From Candidatus Bathyarchaeota archaeon (GTDB lineage Archaea > Thermoproteota > Bathyarchaeia > Bathyarchaeales > Bathycorpusculaceae), in NCBI GenBank assembly GCA_963767735.1, contig CAVYES010000005.1, positions 529,103 through 593,102 of the forward strand: a stretch of 64,000 bases of DNA, read 5' to 3'. Every line of letters starts with the position of its first letter. Position 1 is the stretch's first letter. The position numbers and the translations under genes are program-made. The notes below the pieces were generated by a model, which was given only the letters and a program-made list of their open reading frames with translations, did no database searches and had not been told where the DNA came from. This document shows positions 10,553-23,893 of the stretch, in pieces.

Positions 10553-10775
10553 TCTGATTCTGTCCTTTCTAGGAAAAATAATCCAGATTGAACAGGAGTA
10601 ACGTAAATAGGTTCAGTTAGCATCACGCAAAAGTTAATGGAGGAATTACGGTTTTTCTTCTGAGACGAGATTGTTTCGAATAGTTTTGCGTGCTTTCCAA
10701 TTTTTCAGTCAGCATAAACTTTGCCTTCGTTAGGAATGTTCTGTCGCTTTTCTGTCGTAGCGCTTTTGGGATCAA

Positions 10776-11330
10776 CTATAGCATTCTCAATAAATCGGCT
10801 TTAGTGATGATGCCTATCACATGTCCCTTTTTCGCCACTAAAACCGCTTGGTAAGTTTGTAGTAGACTGGAAATCAATGATAGGGGCGCATCTTCCGAAA
10901 CCTGGGGAAAAGCTTCTTCCATGATGTCTTCTGTGGGCAGGTTGGAAATTTGGTCTAAATCTTTGCCAGCCAGAATCTGCCTTAGAATGGTTTTTTCCGA
11001 AACACTTCCTACTGACTGTTTACCGTTAAACACGGGAATTTGGGAGTAACCATGCTCTTTCATTAGTTTAACAACCTTTAAGATTGGCTCATCTTTTTGT
11101 ATGCTGATAATTTCGTTTGGTACGATTTTTCGTTCTTGGATTTTCGTTTTGGCTTCTAGCCGTTCAAGGATGTCGAAGATTGTTTTAACTTTGGTGTAGG
11201 ATGAATCGATTGTTCCTGCTTCCAGCTTGGCGATTAGGGATTGGCTTACGCCTGCCATTTTGGCTAGTTCGGACTGATTTATGCCGAGTTGTCTTCTGCG
11301 TTTGGCAATGTCTTCTAGGGTTGGGAACAT
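10776..11330 (-). CDS. HTH-CBS transcriptional regulator (COG3620-like)
   Basis: QSELAKMAGVSQSLIAKLE HTH plus a CBS pair (YSQIPV, GIITKADLL). Confidence 0.9.
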   Translation of the reverse strand: MFPTLEDIAKRRRQLGINQSELAKMAGVSQSLIAKLEAGTIDSSYTKVKTIFDILERLEAKTKIQERKIVPNEIISIQKDEPILKVVKLMKEHGYSQIPVFNGKQSVGSVSEKTILRQILAGKDLDQISNLPTEDIMEEAFPQVSEDAPLSLISSLLQTYQAVLVAKKGHVIGIITKADLLRML

Positions 11331-11391
11331 GTTTTATGTAGTTGGCTTGATGAGTTAATATTCTTTTTGGAATATTTCTTGCAAAAAGGCA

Positions 11392-11406
11392 TATAACGGC
11401 GTTATT
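11392..11406. promoter_or_regulatory. Candidate operator upstream of metY
   Basis: TATAAC GGC GTTATT. Confidence 0.6.
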
Positions 11407-11417
11407 GGATGTCTTGA

Positions 11418-12749
<1,332 letters not shown>

Positions 12750-12758
12750 ACTTTCATT

Positions 12759-13907
12759 TTGGAGGCAATACATTTAGCAACAATTAACCAAACACTTCAA
12801 GACTCTGAAACAAAGCACTTTACATTCGCTAACCCACCGGAGGAACTGGTTCTTGAATCAGGCGAGAAACTTGGTCCAATAACGCTTGCCTACGAAACTT
12901 ACGGCGAACTCAATGATCAAAAATCAAATGCGATTTTGGTGCTTCATGCGCTCAGCGGAGACGCCCATGCCGCTGGAGTCAACGGCTGGTGGGACAGCTT
13001 AATTGGTCCAGGTAAAGGCTTAGATACAAACAAGTATTTTGTAATCTGCTCCAACATAATCGGCGGCTGCCAAGGCTCAACAGGTCCATCTTCCACTAAC
13101 CCGAAAACGGGCAAACCCTACGCCACCGATTTTCCCATAGTAACTATTGGCGATATGGTGAACGCTCAAGTTCATCTAATTGACCATTTAGGCATAGAGA
13201 AACTTCTCTCGGTAATCGGCGGCTCCATGGGCGGCATGCAAGTTCTCCAATGGATGGTCACCTACCCAGAAAAAATACGGTCTGCAATCCCAATTGCAAC
13301 GACGTTGAAGCATACGCCACAGCAGATAGCGTTCAACGAGGTTGGCCGCCAAGCAATCATGGCTGATCCAGATTGGAAGAAGGGGCATTATTACGGCTCT
13401 AAGGTTCCATCGAAAGGCTTAGCTGTGGCACGAATGATTGGGCACATAACCTACATGAGTGATGCTTCCATGGCTGAAAAGTTCGGCAGGCGCCTCAAAG
13501 AAGACAAAGAACCCTTCAAGTTCGGCGCAGAATTTGAGGTTGAAGGCTACTTGCATTATCGAGGCGACAACTTTGTCAAACGATTCGACGCCAACTCATA
13601 CCTCTACATCACCAAAGCCATCGACTACTTCAACATCCTCAACGGAAACAAAAACCTCGGTAACATTTTCGCTGGGCTAAAGTCAAAAGTGCTCGTAATA
13701 TCCTTCAAATCGGACTGGCTGTACCCATCCTATCAGTCTCAAGAAATTATGAAAGCCTGCAAACTTGCAGGAGTCGACACTACCTACTGTGACATAAACT
13801 CAACTTATGGGCACGACGCATTCCTTTTAGAAACAGAGCAAGAAACTCAATTAATCAAACATTTCCTGAACACGGCTTCAAATGGACATAACGGCGGTGC
13901 ACAATGA
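12759..13907 (+). CDS. metX: Homoserine O-acetyltransferase
   Basis: [23 protein letters not shown] and YGHDAFL motifs. Confidence 0.95.
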   Translation: MEAIHLATINQTLQDSETKHFTFANPPEELVLESGEKLGPITLAYETYGELNDQKSNAILVLHALSGDAHAAGVNGWWDSLIGPGKGLDTNKYFVICSNIIGGCQGSTGPSSTNPKTGKPYATDFPIVTIGDMVNAQVHLIDHLGIEKLLSVIGGSMGGMQVLQWMVTYPEKIRSAIPIATTLKHTPQQIAFNEVGRQAIMADPDWKKGHYYGSKVPSKGLAVARMIGHITYMSDASMAEKFGRRLKEDKEPFKFGAEFEVEGYLHYRGDNFVKRFDANSYLYITKAIDYFNILNGNKNLGNIFAGLKSKVLVISFKSDWLYPSYQSQEIMKACKLAGVDTTYCDINSTYGHDAFLLETEQETQLIKHFLNTASNGHNGGAQ

Positions 13908-14497
13908 AGCAGGCACCAGTCAAAGCAGAGCACAAAATCATCCTAAACTGGATTAACAAAGACGCTTCAGTGCTGGACCTTGGATGCGGCGACGGAGAAC
14001 TTTTAGCACGCCTCATAAACGAAAAGCAGGTACATGCGCAGGGAATAGAACTAAGTGAAACAGCAATTCAACGATGCGTCGCCCAAGGATTAAGCGTTTT
14101 TCAACAAGACATAGATACAGGTCTCTCTGAATACGCCGACAACTCATTCGACTACGTCATACTAAACCAGACACTACAGCAAGTGAAAAAACCAGACTTA
14201 GCCCTAAAAGAGGCCTTGCGAGTTGGAAAAAAGGTTATTGTTGGCTTTCCCAATTTCGTGCAGGCCTCAGCCAGATTCCAAATATTCTTCAAAGGAAGAG
14301 TCCCAGTAACAAAAGCGCTGCCTTACGAGTGGTATGACACACCAAACTTGCATTTTTTAGGTATTGCCGACTTCAAGGGTTACTGCAAAAAAAGAAACAT
14401 ACGCATCTCAGACTCAGCATTTATCAGAAAAAATAGAAAAATCAAGCTTCTTCCAAATTTGTTTGCAGAAATTGGGCTGTTTCTTTTATCGTCATAA
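13904..14497 (+). CDS. metW: Methionine biosynthesis protein MetW
   Basis: [21 protein letters not shown]; overlaps the metX stop. Confidence 0.93.
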   Translation: MKQAPVKAEHKIILNWINKDASVLDLGCGDGELLARLINEKQVHAQGIELSETAIQRCVAQGLSVFQQDIDTGLSEYADNSFDYVILNQTLQQVKKPDLALKEALRVGKKVIVGFPNFVQASARFQIFFKGRVPVTKALPYEWYDTPNLHFLGIADFKGYCKKRNIRISDSAFIRKNRKIKLLPNLFAEIGLFLLSS

Positions 14498-14802
14498 GAA
14501 AAATATTTTTTTAAACTATATTTCTTAAAATTGGATATTGGTAGCTGTTTTGCTATACATTCTCAGTGAATACTCTCTTTTTAGCTGTTTATTCTATCGT
14601 ATAAATTCTAAGTTCCGTTTCGGAGTTTAATGTGACATTTAAAAGTGTATAGTTTAAAATTTTCTATCTATTGTAGGTCATAAAGCATTGATTCTTCTTA
14701 ATTTTTAGTTAAAGTGACTTTAGAATACATGCTATTTTTGCAAGATAACAGCGATTCCTTCAGCCTAATGTATAGTTATTCTCTGAAATACTAAATTTAA
14801 AG

Positions 14803-15126
14803 GTGACTTCAACTCTTTATAGAAACTTTACCCTCATGTTTCGCTTCATTAGGCAAATGTGTAGAAAGCTTAAATCTAAATTAAACCTAATGGAAGCAGG
14901 GGCTGAAAATCTAATGGATAATGATGTTTTATTGTCAGTAACTGTAAGCCGGAAAAAAGATGAAATTGTTTACAGCGTTGACCGCGCAAGTAACTTAACA
15001 AACAAAGAACTTGAATACTATCTTAAAGAGATAATTGAAGGCATATGCAAGTGGAAACCGGGCGTTTGCGAAGAAACAGTACAAAACTTTAAAGGAATAA
15101 TCAGGAAAAGAAAAACAGACAAATAA
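14803..15126 (+). CDS. Hypothetical protein (true start probably downstream)
   Basis: ORF only. Confidence 0.45.
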   Translation: MTSTLYRNFTLMFRFIRQMCRKLKSKLNLMEAGAENLMDNDVLLSVTVSRKKDEIVYSVDRASNLTNKELEYYLKEIIEGICKWKPGVCEETVQNFKGIIRKRKTDK

Positions 15127-15251
15127 GATTTAAAACTGACTTAAACTCTACCTTAATTTCGCTGTGTTCGCAAATGGTCACTTTATGATTTAGATGCCAG
15201 TGGATAAGTAATTATGCTTCACCAGACATTTTTCTAAACGTAACTTTTTAA

Positions 15252-15527
15252 CTATCCATCGCGCATAAGAAAAAGTGGTTTAAGGGCTTCTTCTTTCATA
15301 ATTTTCTTGATTGCAGCAACCTCGTCAAAGTTCTCTCCACTCGAGGCAGGCTCGTGAATCTCTAAATCTTTCAGAATAAGATGAATTTCATTATCCGTAC
15401 ATTCGACGCGACATACCCTATAATAGTTGTCTTCTGCAACGTCGGACATTTCTTTGGATGTTGAACTGGCTTCAATGCCTTTTGATACATTTGTCTCGGT
15501 TTTCTTTTTCTCACTCAACACCTGCAT
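15252..15527 (-). CDS. Hypothetical protein
   Basis: 91-aa ORF with GAGG SD. Confidence 0.5.
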   Translation of the reverse strand: MQVLSEKKKTETNVSKGIEASSTSKEMSDVAEDNYYRVCRVECTDNEIHLILKDLEIHEPASSGENFDEVAAIKKIMKEEALKPLFLMRDG

Positions 15528-16792
15528 AAACGTCGCCTCTTACTAGCCCTGCATAATGATTTAAGCATATGTGATTGTATGATACCAGTCACAAATTGAA
15601 GACCATTCTACATTTAGCCAATTCAAAGAGCGCTAAACAGCTAAACAACACCAAAACTCGCCAGAAGTAAATGCGCATGACACGTTCATGCACGCGCTAA
15701 TCCAAAATGTTTGATGTCGGTATACGTTTTTAATGTTACAAAAAAAGAGAAATTTTCGAGGCCTGATGATAGTACTATTTAAGCGTCGCCAAGAATCGAT
15801 TTTTAGAGGGGTTCTGGAGCGCAGAGATTTTCTGCTTTGGCAGCTGTACGCATGCATCCTTTGCAAATATATTTCGCGTTTTTCACTAGAGGCTTTATCT
15901 TTTCAATTGGCACTTTATCCTCTACCATCTTGCAGAGGTGTTTTTCATGTCCAGGATGAGGTTGAGCTTTTGACAAAACTTACACCTAAACAACTCTGGT
16001 GAAATAATGCTAAATATACTATTGTGATTGTGCTTAAACAGCTACAGCTTCAACTCTTCATTAATTTGTTCTTTTTCTTATGATATTAGACGCTATTTCT
16101 CTTTTTGCCTTTTTAAATCAGATTCTTGTTTTCTTAATGCTGCCTTAGCATCGCCTAGTGTAACAACTTCAATGGTGTTTCCAGCGATAACAACTTTAAA
16201 AGCTACCATTTCTAACCCCATTTTTATTCAACTACCGTGCTTGTAGGACTAACGATGTATGTCCACTCGAGTGCAGCCCATTCGTCAATCTTGACATTGG
16301 TTTTCTTGAGGTTCCTTTTTTTGCATTGCGAAGGTTCTGTAAGATCCGATTTTGTCATATTCGGTAAGCTACACATGATTCGCCATTGGGAGCTGTAATC
16401 TATTATATTTTATGAACTACTAATCCACTATTGAAACTGCTGACACAACCTTTTCTATGTCATCTGAGTTTCGTTTGTACAGGATGGTACATGAAAATTC
16501 GGGTTCTTCCATCCTACTAATAGTCTATTTTCAATTCAGACTCAACTGCACTTGCTTGCTTAATCCTTGAATCATCCTTTGCCTTAAGGATATGGAAGCT
16601 TTCCATCACACATAGAACATTTTAACTGTAACTTCTTTTGCAAGTACATTGGTTCAATCCAACACATATAGCAAAAGTAAATTTGGCATTTGGGCAGTTT
16701 AACTTTCGATTGTTACATTGTTGCTACATATTGAAACGTCATAATCTATATACCATCCAAGTACTGTACTTTACGGTGAGAGATAATTCTAA

Positions 16793-16933
16793 GTGACCGA
16801 ATGCCCTTACTGTCATAAAGAAGTTTCAAAACCTCAAAAGTCATTTGAGAACAGGTTTTTCCTAATCGAAGCCTACACGTGTGATGAATGCAAGGGCAAA
16901 TTTAAGATAGCAAAAGAATTTCCAATATACTGA
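16793..16933 (+). CDS. Small zinc-ribbon protein, paralog-like of 5322..5555 (not in ORF track)
   Basis: MTECPYCHKEVSKPQKSFENRFFLIEAYTCDECKGKFKIAKEFPIY*; GGTGAG upstream. Confidence 0.65.
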   Translation: MTECPYCHKEVSKPQKSFENRFFLIEAYTCDECKGKFKIAKEFPIY

Positions 16934-17099
16934 ACTGAAAATTTACAGGTTCAAGCGCACACAGGTAAAGCAGAAGTGAATGTTAGATTTTGAAATCAAA
17001 AAGCCCTGAATTGTCAAGGTACGGCAATCCGCGCCTCGTTTAGCTTCTACAAAAGCTTAAAAGTCATAAATAATTTAATTCTATTTTAGCGATTATAAA

Positions 17100-17444
17100 T
17101 TGAAGATACCTGATCTTCCCTCAGCCAAGGCTGTTTCAACAAAGCGCCTTAGAAGTGTTTGGAAGAGGATTTCAGACAAGCCTTTGCCAGATGTTTATGC
17201 CTTCACGTTGGAAGAAAAAGAGTTTTTATCAAACTTGGAACTGCTGCAGAAGAACAAGGGAATTATAGATACAAGAGTTAGCGAGTATGGACTAAAGGTT
17301 CCAAACCAGTTTATTGAGGCTTGCACGTTTGAGTTCAAGGGACACTTAATAATCTTTGTTAAACAAACAGTTCCTCTTGTTGATGCCTTGGAACACGAGT
17401 TAAGACATGTGGCATCATGGAATCTCAAAAACAAAGAGCCTTAG
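17100..17444 (+). CDS. Hypothetical protein with HExxH motif
   Basis: ALEHELRHVA near the C-terminus. Confidence 0.6.
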   Translation: MKIPDLPSAKAVSTKRLRSVWKRISDKPLPDVYAFTLEEKEFLSNLELLQKNKGIIDTRVSEYGLKVPNQFIEACTFEFKGHLIIFVKQTVPLVDALEHELRHVASWNLKNKEP

Positions 17445-17500
17445 ACATGGCAAGAGAGAATAATATATTCCATATTTATGTTCTCATTGCAACTAGTTCT

Positions 17501-18042
17501 CCAAAAAAGCAACCCAAAACAACCAGAACAATAATTAAAAAAAACTAAAAACTCGAAGATCCACACGCCTTAAAAAAACTAATCAGCAAACTTTTCGTCA
17601 CTTTCCTTTACTTTTCCTTACTTTTCGTTACTTTCTGTTACTTTTCCTTACTCAACCTTCAAACGTGTTAAAGCCTAAACAACAAGAACGCATAGCGTCC
17701 GAAATTTGCCGCAAAACTACTTGGAGCGACTCTTCAATAATCCGGCACAATTTGGCACAAATTTACACAAAAATGCACACAACCTGCAAACGAATTGAGC
17801 CCTAAACGAAAAAAGCAACCCAAAACAACCAGAACAGTCAAGCAGCACTTACAAACGTTATATTCTCTTCAAAAAGGCGCAAAAGGACACAGAAATACAT
17901 TCTGCTACACTTCGCTACGTTCTGCTACATTTGTGTACGCGATTATTTGCGATTAAACGCGATTATTCTCGATTATTTGCGATTATTCTAGATTCTACCT
18001 GCAAGCAATTTAAGCCCTAAACGAAAAAATCAACCCAAAACA
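17501..18042. repeat. Modular non-coding array: recurring 30-55 bp motif with different decamer tandem repeats
   Basis: Motif copies at 17501, 17653, 17780 and 17995; decamer runs CTTTTCCTTA x6, TTTGGCACAA x4, TCTGCTACAT x4-5 and GATTATTTGC x5. Confidence 0.85.
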
Positions 18043-18140
18043 CAAATTTTCCGCAAGGCGCCCCTGTTAAATGACAACACAACGTCGGTGTTCAACCCCA
18101 ACGATTACAAAAGAATAATTAGCGTCAGTGTCGGGTTATC

Positions 18141-21100
18141 CTAATTGCGAAACTTCTCCCTCAACCAATGCCTTACATCGTAGAAGGATATGTTTCTGTG
18201 TGGGCAGGCCGAAACGCAGTTCCCGTCTCCAATGCATTTGTAGTTTCTGAACTCGCCCTTTGCAGCGAATTCCGCCGGTTGACCTGTTAGCCCCAGGGGG
18301 CAGATCTTCGAGCAGTCCTTTGTCGTGCAGCTGCTGCAAAGCGCCTTGTCCTTCACCTTTAGCCTAAACAACCCAGCTCGGGATATGAGCTGGTTGAAAG
18401 CTCCCCAGCCGCACATGCCAGTTGAGACGCAGCCATACGTCCCGACAAAGGGAATCATCAGCCAGATAACGTACCACAGAAAACCGAAGTAGAACATGTA
18501 CAGGAAGTAGGCGGGATCCATGCCGAAGACGGAGATTCCTAAAATTCCTACAGATGCCAAGTACGATAGTAAAGCTGCAGCCAGTAGTGAGATCCACACC
18601 GCCGATACGACTACCTTATAGGCCGATGATATCTTGTTTGTGTGTAGCCTGCAAGAAAGCTTGGATGTTCCGCTACATGAGCTCATGGCATCTATGGTCG
18701 TTCCCTGGTACATGAGGGGAGCCATGCATGCTACAGAGCAGAGTTGCCTGCTGCCGAAAAGAAAGGAAAGGATACCACTGATCAGAAATGTGCCGAGCAA
18801 CGCCACTACTACGGTTGAAGCTATGGCACCTGAGCTGCCTATCCCAGATGCCCAGCCTAGCCACGGGGTCTGCCTAAGGACGTTGAACGGGATTACGAAT
18901 ATGGGAAGGAGTATACTGTATGCGCCGTAAGCGAGAATCAAAAGCAGGAGCCTTACCTTAGTTTCGAGTTCCCGTGTATACTTGATTCTGAAGGCTACAA
19001 GCGCGCCCATCTCTATGCCCATCATTATCAGGTACCACGGAGACATGGTTATTCTGGTGAAGAACATGATGAAATTGAAAAAGCCCGCACTTAGGGCATT
19101 CACAAAGGACCCTGCCGTAGAGGCAAACATCATCATATTGAAAAAGCCTGCGCCATACACCTGGATGTCCAAGACTCCGCCCATGAAGAACTCTGCCACG
19201 AAAAGGAGCCCCAGGAAACCGAAGACCCAATACGGCTTTGCTTGCCAACTTGTGGATTTGGATGAAACAAGTCTTCTTTCGTCCAGCACGATTCCGAAGT
19301 ACACCACCATTTCGGCTATTATGGATAGTACGAAGACTGTGGCGTCACCGTTGAGAAGCCAGATGAACTGGCCCGCCATCATCAACGCATAGGCCAGCAT
19401 GAGGAAGAGCAGATAGTTCAGGATGCCTGAACTGGTGGTCCGATTTTTATAAAGGAACTCAAAGACGTAGATGAAAAGAAAAACCATCACGGCGCTGCCC
19501 GCAACCAGGGAGATGTTGGTCCAGAGAGAGTTGCCAATCGCTGTGGGAGACAGAATCATTATGATGGTTTGACATGCCATGATCCAGATGAGTGGCTTTG
19601 GCAGCCTACCTCTTATGAAGAAAAGCGTTATTCCCATCTCGGCGGACATCATGAAGATGAACCAGAAGGAGCTCATAGCGTGAATAAGGGCTAAATAGAC
19701 CCATTGTAGACCGCTAGAAATCGATACTGTACCGCCAAGCAGCGCAAAGGTCCAACCCATGAACACCTCAGAAAGGATGACCAAGGCGATGATCGACGCA
19801 ATCAAAATAAGTCTGATGTTGCCCACCTTATCCTTCAGAAGGCTATCGTTTCCCCGCGTGTTGCAAAAAGAGTGGCGGCAGCTGTGACGCCCGCCACCGC
19901 CAAGTTAATGGCTACCAGATCAACGAGTGTAACTGATGGTTGGACGTAGAGGTAGACGACTGTGCTGATGAACGTCGTAGCTATCATTGAGAGGAGGAAG
20001 AGCACTATGCCAGCGTCGATTAAGGTCTTGATTTCCGAGCCTTTTTTGATGAGCCATGCCGTGAAGACAGTCATCGTTCCAACGTAAAAGCCTGCGCTCA
20101 ATATTCGCGTAAGTGGCCACGTTGTTGACGCAGATATGATTCCATTGAAAAAGCCTTGGCCGAACACCTGGATGGCCATGACCCCGCTCATAAAGAACTC
20201 TACCACGAATATGAGAAAGAGGAAGCTAAAGACCCAGTACGGCATTGACTGCCAACTTACCGATTTGGAAGAAATAAGCTTCTTTTCGTCTAATACTATT
20301 CCGAAGTACACCACCATCTCGACTATTATGGATAAGACAAAAACTGCGGCGTCGCCGTTAAGAAGCCAGATGAACTGGCCCGCCATCATCAACGCATAGG
20401 CCAGCATGAGGAAGAGCAGATAGTTCAGGATACCTTTGCTTAAGGTCTGATTCTTATGCAGGAACTTGAAGATGTATATGAACAGAAAAGTCATGATGGC
20501 GCTGCCGACAGCCAGAGAGACGCCAGCCCAAACAGAGTTGATAATCGCGGTTGGAGAAAGGACCATTATAATTAATTGAGACGCAATTAGCCAGCTAAAT
20601 GCTTTCGGCAGTTTGTCTCTGATGAAAAAAAGTGTGATTGCCATTTCGGCAGAGTTCATGAAGATGAACCAGAAAGAACTCGAAGAGTTTGTTAACGTGG
20701 TGAAAATTCCTTGGAGACCGCCAGCCGTGGATGCAGTTCCCCCGATGAGTGCAAAGGTCCAGGCCATGAATACCTCCGACAGGAGAACCAAGGCGACGAT
20801 CAACGCAATTATTAAGGACCTTACCCGCACAATGCCGGATACAGTTTCATCCAAGGTCTTGGGTTCATCAAATATATACAAAATAGCGAAAGCGAAGCCT
20901 ATGACCATCATCGCAAACATGTTTATCAATATTATTTCGAAGAGCGCTGTTGGAAAGTAGAAGTAAGGTACAATACTGATAGCCATCTCAGCCATCATCG
21001 AGAGGAGGAAGAGCACTATCCAAGCTTCCTTCGGAGCCTTGATTTCCGAGCCCTTCTTGACAAGCCATGCCGCGAAGACAGCCATCAATCCTTCGAGTAT

Positions 21101-21142
21101 CCAGATGGGAATTAGAGTAGCAAAACCCAAGTCCTTCACCAA
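18141..21142 (-). CDS. Multi-pass membrane protein with duplicated N-terminal domain and C-terminal 4Fe-4S (NapH/FoxG-like) region; probably one gene split near 19850
   Basis: CSVACMAP, CSSCTTKDCSKICP and CIGDGNCVSACP motifs; adding one G in the GGGG run joins the 435-aa and 561-aa ORFs. Confidence 0.75.
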
Positions 21143-21527
21143 TTTTTCTAATTTCTTATTAATTGGAACGTAATGTACGGCATAGCCAAAAGCCTATTGA
21201 CATGCAAGCTATATAACGCTGTGCTGTAAGTGTTAGCCAACAACAGCCCTGGAATTAGGAGTGATCAAAAAATCAATTTTGATGCGCTCAAAACTTGCAG
21301 TGATTTTGTTGATATTTTACCTAACAAGCTTTTTCACCATAGATGGCTTGGCAAAAGAATGCCCAGTGGTAAGATAACCAAATTAGCAACCCATAACTTG
21401 TGACTGTATCAAGCTAGCCACACAACTTTAAAACCAAATTTTTCTGAATAATAGTGTAAACTGATTTAAGTATGAAAAAATTGCGCTTTGCCGCGATTTT
21501 TAAAAGCCAAAATATAGGAGATTAAGT

Positions 21528-22199
21528 TTGTCGCAACCAATACCCATTTCGGCCTCCGATTGGAATCATTTCTTTGATTTAGCTGCGACTATAGCGTTAA
21601 TAGCGTTGGCGATTGTCATAGGCGCAATGATTTTTTTTATCGTAAAATACCGGGAACGAAAAGGTCAACCAAAATTTATTCCTGACTTTCGCTTGAGTAA
21701 AAGCCGCGCTAGAGAAAACGTGATTTTTGCCTCAATCTCCATCATAATACTGGTCAGTTTGGTAGCGGCTTCCTACAGCCTCATTCCTAATGCACGCTTT
21801 GCGCCTTCTGCCTCTAAAAGTTTGGTTATTGACGTAACTGCTTATCAGTGGGCTTTCAGTTTTGGGTATCCCGACGGTGTTACAAACCTTAGATAATATG
21901 ACTCTGCCTGGAAACACCGCTGTAATGTTTAACGTTACAAGCGCGGATGTAATGCATAACTTATATTTGGTACAGTTTCGGGTAAGCATAGAGGCGATCC
22001 CTGGCAGATACAACATTTTATGGATAACAACGCCAGTGGTAACTGGAAACCAGGAGTACACATACAACATCGAGTGCAAAGAACTTTGCGGCGACGGGCA
22101 CACCTTCATGGATGCAACAATGCTTGTTGTAATCAAACCGCATATAATCAGTGGCTTGCCACCCAATTGGCTATAAGCGCATCAACGTCAGGAGGCTAA
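21528..22199 (+). CDS. coxB: Heme-copper oxidase subunit II with CuA site (two frameshifts)
   Basis: Two TM helices, AYQWAF, DVMH and CKELCGDGHTFM. Confidence 0.9.
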
Positions 22200-22203
22200 A
22201 GCT

Positions 22204-23893
22204 TTGGTGTTTTCAATCAAAGAATGGGCAACTACAACTAATCACAAACAAATAGGCATTCTTTACATCGTAACAGCCATATTTTTCATGGCGCTGGCAG
22301 GCATGTTTGGGGAAATGATGAGAACGCAGCTTGCTGTTCCAATGAACAATTTTCTTCAGCCCGCCACTTATGAACAAACCGTTACCTTGCACGGTTTGTT
22401 GATGATACTCTGGGTTATGACGCCTCTGGGTGTTGGATTAGCAAACTATATTGTCCCGCTTCAAATAGGCGCAAAAGACTTGGCGTTCCCGCGCATGAAT
22501 GCCTTGAGCTACTGGACGTATCTATTCAGTGGCATAATGCTTGTCAGCACGGTTTTTCTGCCTGGCGGTGGACCTAACACAGGCTGGACACTCTATGCAC
22601 CTCTAAACACTATTCAGTTCACTCCGCAAGCAGGCATGACTCTGGCCGTTTTAGCGTTGCTACTATTCTCTCTTTCCGTAACAATGGGGTCAATTAACTT
22701 TCTAACAACCATCGTGAGAAATCGAGCTAAAGGCGTAACGTGGAGAAGGTTACCCATATTCACTTGGTCAATCGTTTTCACTATGGCACTGGCGCTTTTT
22801 GCGTTTCCGCCTTTAGCCGCAGGATTATTACTGTTATCAAGCGATAGATTTCTTGGCACTGTCTTCTTTAGCTCAACCCAGGGCGGAGGCATCTTATGGG
22901 ATGAACTCTTCTGGTTTTTTGGTCACCCGGAAGTTTACATTGTCGTTTTTCCTGCTCTAGGTGTAATCGCAGAAATTTTTCAGACATTTGCAAAGAGACC
23001 TATATTCTCAAGAACAGCTTTCATCGTTGAATTTGCAGCCGTAACCTTTCTGAGCATGGGCGTTTGGATGCACCACATGTTTACAACAGGCATAAACTAC
23101 AGTGTGTTGCAAACATTCTCTTTCACTACTCTTGCCATTTCCATACCCTTCGAAGGAGTAGTTCTAGCTTTGGTACTTACACTCTACAAAGGTAACATAA
23201 AACTGAACACTCCGATGTTGTATTGTTTAGCCGCCATATTTACAGTAACACTAGGCGGCATTACAGGCGTTTTGCAAGCGTTTCCAGTTTTAGATTATGC
23301 GTTTAATGGAACCTACTGGATTGTTGGCCATTTCCATTATGTGATGGCAGGAACCACTCTTTTTGCACTTATTGCAGGTCTCTATTATTGGTGGCCAAAA
23401 ATAACTAAAAGAAAGTACAACGAGACATTCGGCATAATTATTTTCTTTGTTTCCTTCGTTGGCTTCAACATCCTCTATTTTCCATACTTTTTCATGTTAG
23501 ACATGCCTAGAAGAATATCCACGTTATACTGTAGCATCTGGATTAGCCTCTTTGAATTTAACAGCAACTATCGGCGCTTACATATTCGGACCAGCTGCTG
23601 CATTGGCCGTTTTAAACTTGGTTTTAAGTTTAAGAAAACCTCCATCCTCAGGGTCTAATCCGTGGGATGCGAGAGAAATGGAGTGGACACAGAATTATAG
23701 CGATCCAGCTGCAACGGCTCAGCCAACTAATTCTGCCGAAACAACAATTGACCCACCAAACAATAAGCCCCATGAAACTTGGTCTAGCCGCTGGTACTGG
23801 TGCAAGACAGGTTCGTGTAAACCACGTGAAACTCCAAGTGGTCCAAACGGAGAAACCGTTTATTTGAAGAAAACTGAGGACGATAAACTTTGA
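22204..23893 (+). CDS. coxA: Heme-copper oxidase subunit I, A1-type motif (frameshift near 23525)
   Basis: [40 protein letters not shown] and MPRR. Confidence 0.95.

Noticed and set aside
15633-16246. ORFs 15633..15866, 15733..16002 and 16028..16246
   Set aside because: Overlapping, atypical composition and no motifs; a short minus-strand ORF near 16095-16220 is possible but unsupported.
17501-18042. CRISPR array
   Set aside because: The motif copies are degenerate and unevenly spaced, the intervening DNA is long and internally repetitive, and there are no cas genes in the window.
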